From a virus (lineage: Duplodnaviria; Caudoviricetes), in IMG/VR virus record IMGVR_UViG_3300037781_000208, positions 1 to 64,000 of that record: a stretch of 64,000 nt of DNA; one strand, given 5' to 3'. Below, one piece after another: positions 56,651 to 64,000 of the stretch. The position numbers and the translations under genes are program-made. The notes below the pieces were generated by a model. It ran no database searches. It was not told the DNA's origin and saw only the letters and a list, made by a program, of their open reading frames with translations. The first letter of the stretch is position 1; each line of letters opens with the position of its first letter.

Positions 56651-56959
56651 ATGACTGATGCTGAACTGATAGAGGAATTTATTGAAGTTGAGAAAGATGC
56701 TGAGAATGGCACTCACATCTATGTGAAGATGATTGAGTGGAATGGACAAACGCCGTTCACGAATCCAGTACGGGCTGTAACGCTTAAGAAGCCACCCTCA
56801 GAGGAACGCTTGGATCGGGAGTTCAAGAAAATCCTTGGTTACAAAAAATACTTTCAGGTTTGCTCTGAATGCGGAGAACGTAACCCAGTGGGATGGATGA
56901 TTACTGAAATGGGTATCTGCCAGCAATGCGGGACTGAGAATCACGGCATTGTCTATTGA
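56651..56959 (+). CDS. Antisense moron with C-terminal Zn-ribbon
   Basis: CSECGE...CQQCG; absent from prophage A. Confidence 0.6.
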   Translation: MTDAELIEEFIEVEKDAENGTHIYVKMIEWNGQTPFTNPVRAVTLKKPPSEERLDREFKKILGYKKYFQVCSECGERNPVGWMITEMGICQQCGTENHGIVY

Positions 56960-58752
56960 GACTCTTCTTCTGCGGGCTGATCAACGCTCTCCCGTCCGAT
57001 GATCTTGAGCATGGTTGCCGCCGCTGCTTGCATGGACTCACAGTCCCAGTAATGATTGGCACGCTTGCCGATCTGCTTCCACATCCAAGTGTTCTTTTCC
57101 TTCACCCGGTTTTCGCTCTCCATCTGGGAGAGGTAGTCCTCGTCAATGTCGTCCGGAACTTCCCATGTCGGGCCGTTGGCCGGATCCTGATTGCGGCGAA
57201 GCCGGGCCAGCGTGTCCTTGATATTGAGATTCGACCAGTAGTGAACGAAGCAGTGTCGCCCTGCACCAAGTACCACCTTCCGTCTGGGTGAATAGAAACG
57301 CTGGATGGGTGTCTTGCTTTTGGAGCGGTGAGGAAAGGTCAGACGACGGTCCCCAATCAGGGCGATCCATCCAGTCTTGGAGCATTGTCGGTAAACGTCG
57401 TAGGTCGCATGGCCGGCATCGACAAAGACTAGGTTCGAATGAATCCCAAAACGCTCCTGCAATGCCTCCACATCCGTAAAGGTGTGCAGCCGTTCATTCC
57501 AGACCAGCCGCGAGGATCCGTCCGGTCCCCATGAGCGGACAACGGCAAAGAGATGATCCATCTGGCAGTCAACGGTAAGGATGCGAAGTGCAATGACCTG
57601 CTCCACAAATGGTGGTGCCACAATCGCCCCGGTTCGGGTGATGCCTCCTTCCTCCTCCCACGTCTCACCCTTGCGGTAGCCACAGATGGCAATCTCCATC
57701 TTGTAGTCCTCGACATATTCCCTCCAGGGGAGCGCGAGGCGCTTCTGGTAGAACTGTTGCAGGAGACTGGTATCGCCCTGTTTGGCGGCCGCTTTTGCTC
57801 GGAGGTAGAGTTCCGCCAGTTTCCCCCACGACATCGCACAGAGGGCATTCCAATGAAAGCCTACATTCTCCACGGAGGCGTTCGTGTTGGTACGGATGAA
57901 CCTGCCTGTAGCGTTCAATTGGCGACGAACCGCATCCGAATCCGGGAAGTAATGGTTGCACTCGCAGCAGCGCATGGAAGTGGTCGCACGAACCTCAGAA
58001 AAATCCCATTCTCCATCGGCTCCTCGGGCGGACTTTGACCATTCGACGTTTTCCCATTCAAAGGGCTGCCGGTGGCCACATTCCGGACAGGCGAAGGTCC
58101 ACTCGCGCATGTCGGTCGTTTCAAACTTACGGTGGGTGTCATCATTCTCCTCGCCGCCCTGGGACATGAAGATGCACTTACCCAGCCATCCAAAGGCGGT
58201 CACGCGGGCCTCCGCTTCGGCCATGTGCCCGGTCGGCCACCTCCACGTTTCATCACCGATCAACCATCGAATGGAACGGCGCTGGAGGTTCGTCTTGTTA
58301 TGCGCCCCCAGTATCCAGAGCGTCATACCATTGGCAAAATGGATCGTATGGTTTCTTCGCTTGTGCCGATCCCTCGGGTAGAGATTTTTAACGGGTTCAC
58401 ATTCCTCAAAGAGCTTCTGGATGCGCGATTCGGATTGGTCCTTCGCGTCCTCGTCGGTCTGGTCCAGCCAGAGGGTCGGGCCCGGGAGGTTGGCTATAAT
58501 GTAGCAAAGGGTCAGCTCGGGCACCGTGGTCTTTGAGGACTGCACCGAGGCAAGGATCGAGACCACCTTTACCCGCGGATCGACAATCGCTTCCATCACT
58601 TCACGTACCCATGGAGAATTGTCCGAGCGAAACCGGCCCGGCATCGGCGAATACGGAATCGTGGCAATGTGTTCCTCCGCCCATTCCCACGGAGGCCGGC
58701 GATCAGGAGGCTTCACGCCCTCGGCAAACATGCTGGCGATTTCCCCGTTCAT
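56953..58752 (-). CDS. Terminase large subunit (GpA family)
   Basis: Same motifs as 3490-5295. Confidence 0.9.
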   Translation of the reverse strand: MNGEIASMFAEGVKPPDRRPPWEWAEEHIATIPYSPMPGRFRSDNSPWVREVMEAIVDPRVKVVSILASVQSSKTTVPELTLCYIIANLPGPTLWLDQTDEDAKDQSESRIQKLFEECEPVKNLYPRDRHKRRNHTIHFANGMTLWILGAHNKTNLQRRSIRWLIGDETWRWPTGHMAEAEARVTAFGWLGKCIFMSQGGEENDDTHRKFETTDMREWTFACPECGHRQPFEWENVEWSKSARGADGEWDFSEVRATTSMRCCECNHYFPDSDAVRRQLNATGRFIRTNTNASVENVGFHWNALCAMSWGKLAELYLRAKAAAKQGDTSLLQQFYQKRLALPWREYVEDYKMEIAICGYRKGETWEEEGGITRTGAIVAPPFVEQVIALRILTVDCQMDHLFAVVRSWGPDGSSRLVWNERLHTFTDVEALQERFGIHSNLVFVDAGHATYDVYRQCSKTGWIALIGDRRLTFPHRSKSKTPIQRFYSPRRKVVLGAGRHCFVHYWSNLNIKDTLARLRRNQDPANGPTWEVPDDIDEDYLSQMESENRVKEKNTWMWKQIGKRANHYWDCESMQAAAATMLKIIGRESVDQPAEEESQ

Positions 58753-59369
58753 GCCTCCGTCCATCCGCTGAAGAATTCATAGGCCTGCCTGCGGGCCTCA
58801 TCCAAAGCCTTCGCATTCTCCTCCCGGATCCCCACGGCATCCTTGCCACAGGAAAGCGGAGGCAACTCATCCTCCAGGCGCTTGTGCAGGATGGCGAAGA
58901 GGCGGGCCATGCCTTCGATGATGTTTCGGCGAACCTCCTCCTTGTGGAGATAATCGCCCCGTTTGATGGCGAGCCTCAATTCGCGCTCCTCGATGTCGAC
59001 CAGAAGGCGACGGGCTTTCAACGCTTCCTGATTCGCTCCGGACAATCCCTTGCCGCCTTTGAGCCCATTGAGACGGACAAACTCCCGCCATGCGGTGACA
59101 TCGTGCTGGCCGTTCGGAAGCGGCTTGGGCGCTCCCTCCATCTTCTTCCAAATATTGATCGTTCGCCTTGTGACCGCGAGAATCTCCGCCAGTTCAACGA
59201 TCGTCTTGGCATAAGCAGTGGTCTTTGAACTGCCCGAGGCCCGGGCTTCAATCAGGGCACGCTCGGCCGTGGTCAGGGTCTTCCCTGAACCTACTTTGCG
59301 GATCAGGTTCTCAAAATCTTTGTTAAGAACCTTCTGTGCCGCCTGTTCATCGAAGTTCTGCTGTTCCAC
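58749..59369 (-). CDS. Terminase small subunit
   Basis: Near-identical to 5292-5912. Confidence 0.8.
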   Translation of the reverse strand: MEQQNFDEQAAQKVLNKDFENLIRKVGSGKTLTTAERALIEARASGSSKTTAYAKTIVELAEILAVTRRTINIWKKMEGAPKPLPNGQHDVTAWREFVRLNGLKGGKGLSGANQEALKARRLLVDIEERELRLAIKRGDYLHKEEVRRNIIEGMARLFAILHKRLEDELPPLSCGKDAVGIREENAKALDEARRQAYEFFSGWTEA

Positions 59370-59376
59370 ATCTGAT

Positions 59377-60072
59377 TTACTTCATGAGGAGCCAACCGGC
59401 GAATTGCAGATGCCGGTAGACCAGTTCATAGCGGACAAAGCCAACACGGCGAAAGAGTGCCTCGTTCTCAGCCACGGTCTGCGGGAACATCTGGCCACGC
59501 AGGGCAGCGGACTTGTTGAGAACCTCCTCGGGACTGAGCCCGTTCTCCAGCTTCATCTCCCAATACAGGGACTGGGTGATGTCCTGGAATTCCGGAATGC
59601 TCCCAAGAACCTTCTCAACAACGAAGAAGCCGCCTCCTCGTTTGAGGGAGTCATAGCATACAGACAGTACCGTTTGCTTGGCCCCTGGCCGGAGGAACTG
59701 GAGCGTATAGAGGGACACCCCGTAGTCATGCCCGCTGATTTGGGTGAGCATGGAAAGGTCGCAGAAATGGACATCGACCCCCTTTGCCTTGGCCTGCTGG
59801 ATCATCGCCCGGGAGTTGTCGTAGCCGATGACCTTGATGTCCTTCTGGGGATTGCGGGATTGAATTCTCAGCAGGGTCTCTCCGGTGGAGGCCCCAAGGT
59901 CGATCACTGTTCCGCCATCCTGCAGGAACCAGTCGGCAAAGCTCGCCGCCAGATCCTGAATGCGGTCATAATCCGGCACACTCTTTCGAACGTGCTCATC
60001 GAAATGAGGGGCGACCTTCTCGTCGAACACCCAGTTGCTGCGGGTTGTCTCAATGCCTTGTCCGGCTTCCAT
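59377..60072 (-). CDS. CmoA-like methyltransferase
   Basis: Near-identical to 5920-6615. Confidence 0.75.
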   Translation of the reverse strand: MEAGQGIETTRSNWVFDEKVAPHFDEHVRKSVPDYDRIQDLAASFADWFLQDGGTVIDLGASTGETLLRIQSRNPQKDIKVIGYDNSRAMIQQAKAKGVDVHFCDLSMLTQISGHDYGVSLYTLQFLRPGAKQTVLSVCYDSLKRGGGFFVVEKVLGSIPEFQDITQSLYWEMKLENGLSPEEVLNKSAALRGQMFPQTVAENEALFRRVGFVRYELVYRHLQFAGWLLMK

Positions 60073-60095
60073 GCCGGGGAAGCTGATGTCAACGA

Positions 60096-60518
60096 TTAGC
60101 CCGGAAGCATCATCAGTTCCTGATCGGTTACCCGGACCGCCCCGATACCGTAGCGGGCGTACATTCCGCGCGTCATGGGGTTGCTTTCCAGACCGAAATA
60201 TCCGCTTTCCCCGTACTTTGGAAAGATGCGGTTTTTAAGCAGGTGCTCCTTGATCTGGTGAGGACGTGAACTGATTTCTGCGAAATAGGAATCCATTGGC
60301 GACCAGCCGGTCTTCTCCGCGATTCGCGCCAAGGTGACTTCCTGATAGCGGTTGGGCCGGGCTGTGATGAGGATGACCCGGTGCGGGCGAAGCAGATCGA
60401 CCAGCCACTGCCTGTACTCCTCCTGTTCAATTTGCCGGATGAAGGGCCGGATTGGCGGAGTCCCACGCTTCGGAGAATTCCCCACAAGGGTGTAGTTAAG
60501 ATCTAGGAGATAAATCAT
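60096..60518 (-). CDS. HAD-like phosphatase
   Basis: Near-identical to 6639-7061. Confidence 0.6.
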   Translation of the reverse strand: MIYLLDLNYTLVGNSPKRGTPPIRPFIRQIEQEEYRQWLVDLLRPHRVILITARPNRYQEVTLARIAEKTGWSPMDSYFAEISSRPHQIKEHLLKNRIFPKYGESGYFGLESNPMTRGMYARYGIGAVRVTDQELMMLPG

Positions 60519-62026
60519 AGCTTCCCTCCCAATCGTTTTTCAAAGGCCGCAATTGCCTCTTGGGCCAAGCCCATCCGGGTGCCGTCCGGGTATGGCAGAT
60601 CAAATTCAAATTCAAGAGCCGCCCTGAGCCGGTCCTTGTCGACTGGCAGGGCGTGGGCGCATGTAGCGGTGATGTTATTACTCATCTCCCTTACTTTGAC
60701 GGAGCGAAAGAAGGGAGTCCAGAGCTGATGGAATTCTTTCTCGGTGTGGTACTTTTGGACCTTCGGTTTGTCCTGAAAATCACCGATGCGAATGCCGCTT
60801 TCGTAATCGAGGCGAAAGGCGATGTTCGCCGAGTTGGACTTGTTCAAGAAGGCCTTGCCGTTGACCTGTCGCCAACCGGTTTCGCTCACGCTGGAGGCGC
60901 AGGCATAGACTTTTGTTTCCGGGCGGCAGAGTGCCTGGAGGATGACCGCGATGTGCTCGCGGTCCGATTGAAACGGCACCGAGTTGAGGACACTCGCGAG
61001 AAAGATCGATGTCCATTCCTGACCGCCCGACACCGCTTCCAAAAACTCCCGACAGATGACGAGGCTCTTGTCCTTGTCGATCTCTGAGCGGGTGATGTGG
61101 TAGGGCTCGAAGGCTGTCACCTCAAAACCGGCCGCCCGGAGGATCTTCGTTTCCGTGAGATGGCCGGCGCCGAAGTCGAGGATCCGGGTCCCATGTTCGC
61201 GCACCCATGCCGCCTTCTGTTTTGCATTGAAGATGTCGAAGGTGTGGCATGGCTTGGATCCATGGACGGCAAAGATGAAGCCGTTGCCCAATTCCTCCCG
61301 GACGCGCCGGGCCCGCCGGAATGAGTTGTAGCGAAGGAGGTCGTCGTAACGACTCTCCACATCAAAATCCATGGAAAGCAGATTCATCATCGCCTCCGCG
61401 AAAGCCGCCTCATCGTCCGAAACATACACCACCGGGGCGGTGTCGATCTTCTTCTCCGCAAGCATCTCCAATCGGCCAATGCCATTGATGACTGTTCCGT
61501 CGCCCTTGCAAATAATCGGCATCAGAATCCCGTGGCGGTGAAGGGTCCGGGCAAGGTTTCTGGCATACTGCATCCAGCGGTTGGAATTTGTCCTGCACAG
61601 TTCCTTCACACTTACCTGATTGGGAGTGAGACAGCGAATGAACTCCGGGGAGTCGACCGCCTTGTCGGGAATGGCCTCTGCCAACCGGTGGACATCGAGG
61701 GCGGCCAGTTCCCTCGTCGCTTTCTGCGGAGTAGTGTTCCAGTCAAAGTCATTGGTCGCCCGATTGAAGACAATGTTCAGCGCCTTGCGCTGGGCCAAGT
61801 CCATCGGGCGGGTGCGGAACACTGGCAACTGCTTCGCCCCCATTCGGGTCGCCACCAGATGTCGCTGGTGCCCGGACAGAATCTCCCCGTTCGCATCGGC
61901 AAAGATAGGTGCCAGAAAACCGAGTTTCCGAAGGGAGAGCTCAATCAGATCCAGTCGTTCGGGATCGGCACTGCGGGGATTATAGGTGCTGGGCTGGATG
62001 GCCTCGATGTCTTCCAGGCGAATCAT
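60515..62026 (-). CDS. ParB-ParB-methyltransferase fusion
   Basis: Paralogue of 7058-8662. Confidence 0.7.
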   Translation of the reverse strand: MIRLEDIEAIQPSTYNPRSADPERLDLIELSLRKLGFLAPIFADANGEILSGHQRHLVATRMGAKQLPVFRTRPMDLAQRKALNIVFNRATNDFDWNTTPQKATRELAALDVHRLAEAIPDKAVDSPEFIRCLTPNQVSVKELCRTNSNRWMQYARNLARTLHRHGILMPIICKGDGTVINGIGRLEMLAEKKIDTAPVVYVSDDEAAFAEAMMNLLSMDFDVESRYDDLLRYNSFRRARRVREELGNGFIFAVHGSKPCHTFDIFNAKQKAAWVREHGTRILDFGAGHLTETKILRAAGFEVTAFEPYHITRSEIDKDKSLVICREFLEAVSGGQEWTSIFLASVLNSVPFQSDREHIAVILQALCRPETKVYACASSVSETGWRQVNGKAFLNKSNSANIAFRLDYESGIRIGDFQDKPKVQKYHTEKEFHQLWTPFFRSVKVREMSNNITATCAHALPVDKDRLRAALEFEFDLPYPDGTRMGLAQEAIAAFEKRLGGKL

Positions 62027-62676
62027 ATGCCGAGCCGTTTCTTGAGTTCCTTCAATACGGATTCCTTGTCGAATCCCACCTCCTGTTTCACGGAATCAAT
62101 CCAGGTGAGGTAGTCCTCCTGGGGGAGCTTGAATCGGTAAAGTCCAAGAGCGATAGTCACGTCACCTTTTTCGAGGTCCTCCTCTTCGGCGTCCGTATCA
62201 TCGGGAGCGTTGCCTTCGGGATTGAGGAGACTGTCCAAGTCCGCGTCCTCAAAACCGGTGAGGAGCGTATCAAACCCGTCTACCTTGAGGTCATTGACCA
62301 CGGATTCGAGCGAGTTTAAATCAATGCTGGCCAGCTCCGCGAGGCGGTTGTCGGCAACAAGCACCGCCATTTCATCGTTCTCGCTGGCAAAATCCTGATA
62401 GTCGACCGGCACAAGCTGCAAGCCAAGGTGTTTGGCGGCGGCAAGGCGACCGTGGCCGGCGACAATCAATCCGCTTCGCTTGGAGACTGTGATTGGGTGA
62501 CGCCATCCAAAATAGCGGATGTTCTTCCCCAAGAGCTCGATCTGGCGGGCGGGGTGCGTGTTCGGGTTGCGAGGGTTGGGTTGCAGATCCTCTACGGGCA
62601 CAAGTTTGTCAAAGCCGCACCAGACTTCGATGCCATCGGCCAATCCCTTCGCCTTCACTTCATTGGGTTCGCTCAT
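62023..62676 (-). CDS. ParB N-terminal-like protein
   Basis: Paralogue of 8659-9312. Confidence 0.75.
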   Translation of the reverse strand: MSEPNEVKAKGLADGIEVWCGFDKLVPVEDLQPNPRNPNTHPARQIELLGKNIRYFGWRHPITVSKRSGLIVAGHGRLAAAKHLGLQLVPVDYQDFASENDEMAVLVADNRLAELASIDLNSLESVVNDLKVDGFDTLLTGFEDADLDSLLNPEGNAPDDTDAEEEDLEKGDVTIALGLYRFKLPQEDYLTWIDSVKQEVGFDKESVLKELKKRLGI

Positions 62677-62712
62677 GCGGGTGGGCAGGATGTCAATTCA
62701 CCCGCTTCACAG

Positions 62713-63354
62713 TCAGAGCCCGCTGGCATCGAAGTGTGTTTCAAGATCGGCAAGGGCTGCGCGGACATTGCCTCCGCAACCCACAGCGATCCGGGCGGCC
62801 ACATCTTCGGACACTCCCCATCTTCCCATCAGAAAATTCCTGATCTCGTCCGAGTCGGGGCTAAGCAACTTGATCGCCTGGAACCGGGTTTGAAATCGTT
62901 CGGTCAGTTCGCCCAAGTTCAGGTTGCTTGTTCCGATGAAGGCCCGTCCCGGTGGCAGCTTGTCAAGGTAGGACAGGAGCAGGTCCTGCGCATCCCGTGA
63001 GCAGCGGTCGAGTTCGTTGACCAGTTTCACCGTCCACTCCGAATACAGGCTCCCATAGTGCAGGTCACGCATCCATCCCTTTACGGTCTCAATGGTGACC
63101 AGCTTCCCATTCGCCTCCTCGATGCTCCAATGCGAATCGCTCAGGGATCCGGCGAGCATTTCGGCGATCGTCGTCTTGCCCACTCCGGGCGGTCCGTAGA
63201 GCAGCACCTTGAGCGGTGTCCGGCCATTGGCCTTGGCCACTTCCGCCTTCGCGATCAGCTTTCTGGCCACGGGGCCGGCAGGTCCGAGAATGTCCTCCGG
63301 TCGCTGCGGTCGCCATGACAGGGGCGCAATTATCGTTTTCGGTGAACCTTTCAT
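62713..63354 (-). CDS. Small AAA+ ATPase
   Basis: Paralogue of 9344-9985. Confidence 0.75.
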   Translation of the reverse strand: MKGSPKTIIAPLSWRPQRPEDILGPAGPVARKLIAKAEVAKANGRTPLKVLLYGPPGVGKTTIAEMLAGSLSDSHWSIEEANGKLVTIETVKGWMRDLHYGSLYSEWTVKLVNELDRCSRDAQDLLLSYLDKLPPGRAFIGTSNLNLGELTERFQTRFQAIKLLSPDSDEIRNFLMGRWGVSEDVAARIAVGCGGNVRAALADLETHFDASGL

Positions 63355-63803
63355 AACAGCCCCGATTGCGCGAAGGAGTAGTAGCCGGTCCCACAGGGAT
63401 CAGCGTCCTTGTCCCCAATTATAACGTGGTCAAGCAGGTCGATCTGGATGGTCTTGGCCGCCTCCCGCAACTGGCGGGTAGCCCGGATGTCAGCCTGACT
63501 CGGGTTTGGATCGCCGCTTGGGTGGTTATGGACCACGATCACGGCGGAACTGTTTGCCAGTACTGCTGGGCGGAACACTTCCCGCGGATGGACAAGTGCG
63601 GCCGTGGCCGTTCCCTTCGTCACCGCGACCCGTCCGAGAGGCTTGTTTTTCCGGTTCAGGAGGATGACGTAAAACCACTCAACGGTGGGGTCCGGATCGA
63701 ACGCGTCCCCCATATATTGAAAAACCCGCTCCGGGGAGTCTACCACCGTGAGCGGGCCTGATTGGACCAGTTTGTATTTGAGGGACGCCTCGTAGATTCT
63801 CAT
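63351..63803 (-). CDS. radC: RadC/JAB-domain protein
   Basis: VHPREV, HNHPSGDPNPSQAD, LLDH. Confidence 0.9.
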   Translation of the reverse strand: MRIYEASLKYKLVQSGPLTVVDSPERVFQYMGDAFDPDPTVEWFYVILLNRKNKPLGRVAVTKGTATAALVHPREVFRPAVLANSSAVIVVHNHPSGDPNPSQADIRATRQLREAAKTIQIDLLDHVIIGDKDADPCGTGYYSFAQSGLL

Positions 63804-64000
63804 GCGTCCACCTCCCGGCGCTCATGCGCCCATCCTTCCCGGCGAATCCGCCCTCGGAGGGTGTTGATCGGCACATCCATGAGTCGTGCGACATCCTTCG
63901 GGGCGCGTCCCTGCACGTAGCATTCCTTGATCGCCTCCCAGTCGTATTGGGGACGGGGCTTGGTGTTCTGGAAGGGGGTCGGCTCAGGCGCCTTTTCCTC
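63800..64000 (-). CDS. HTH protein, 5' part outside window
   Basis: ...DWEAIKECY...PKDVARLMDVPINTL...GWAHERREVDA, homologous to 10431-10919. Confidence 0.7.
   Translation of the reverse strand, partial: EEKAPEPTPFQNTKPRPQYDWEAIKECYVQGRAPKDVARLMDVPINTLRGRIRREGWAHERREVDA

Larger units (their letters stand above)
322..62696 (-). promoter_or_regulatory. Dispersed TTGACA-N13-16-start codon motif (18 copies)
   Basis: TGTCAA on + strand at 335, 1247, 2665, 3525, 6630, 9327, 12950, 18644, 46241, 50717, 52231, 53228, 53725, 54634, 56360, 56642, 60087, 62691, each 13-16 nt from an ATG/GTG. Confidence 0.75.
31328..64000 (-). mobile_element. Prophage B (lambda-like, right end outside window)
   Basis: Terminase, portal, protease, capsid, tail tube, tape measure and tail tip genes in order; paralogues of prophage A genes at ~53.4 kb offset. 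Confidence 0.85.

Noticed and set aside
59218-60099. 293-aa + strand ORF
   Set aside because: Antisense to the MTase and small terminase; not maintained as one ORF in copy A
322-62696. TTGACA copies as ordinary sigma70 promoters
   Set aside because: A -10 box 17 nt downstream would fall inside the coding sequence, past the start codon, and no TATAAT-like box was seen there
1-64000. CRISPR array or DGR template/variable repeats
   Set aside because: No regularly spaced repeats with unique spacers, no reverse transcriptase or cas genes, and no adenine-biased repeat pair seen
53244-64000. Duplication of 1-10600 as an assembly artefact
   Set aside because: The copies differ at many synonymous sites, have different morons and have a diverged terminase half

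Overview
The window is almost entirely temperate-phage DNA, read mostly on the minus strand. It holds two related but diverged lambda-like long-tailed prophages about 53.4 kb apart. Prophage A (1-~31300, cut by the left edge) shows the head-packaging, modification, replication/recombination and integration modules. Prophage B (~31330-64000, cut by the right edge) shows a complete head-tail module plus its copy of the packaging and modification genes. The two meet at a 25-nt tRNA-Ser 3'-end fragment (31303-31327) flanked by integrase-arm-like repeats, consistent with tandem integration at one att site. Accessory DNA includes AT-richer + strand morons, two paralogous tyrosine integrases in tandem, FGE-sulfatase/PEP-CTERM cargo (weakly suggesting a PVC or Verrucomicrobiota host) and a candidate defence operon (GHKL/MORC ATPase, Mrr-nuclease-SF2 helicase, unknown, GNAT). 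The most unusual signals are: (1) a TTGACA hexamer only 13-16 nt upstream of the start codon of nearly every late gene that is not ATGA-coupled, with no -10 box or Shine-Dalgarno; (2) a D-arm-truncated tRNA-Met(CAT)-like element inside a 28-codon ORF coupled to the prohead protease in both prophages; (3) a conserved ParB / ParB-ParB-MTase / HAD / CmoA-like cluster beside the terminase. Family assignments come from motif recognition by eye, not database searches.
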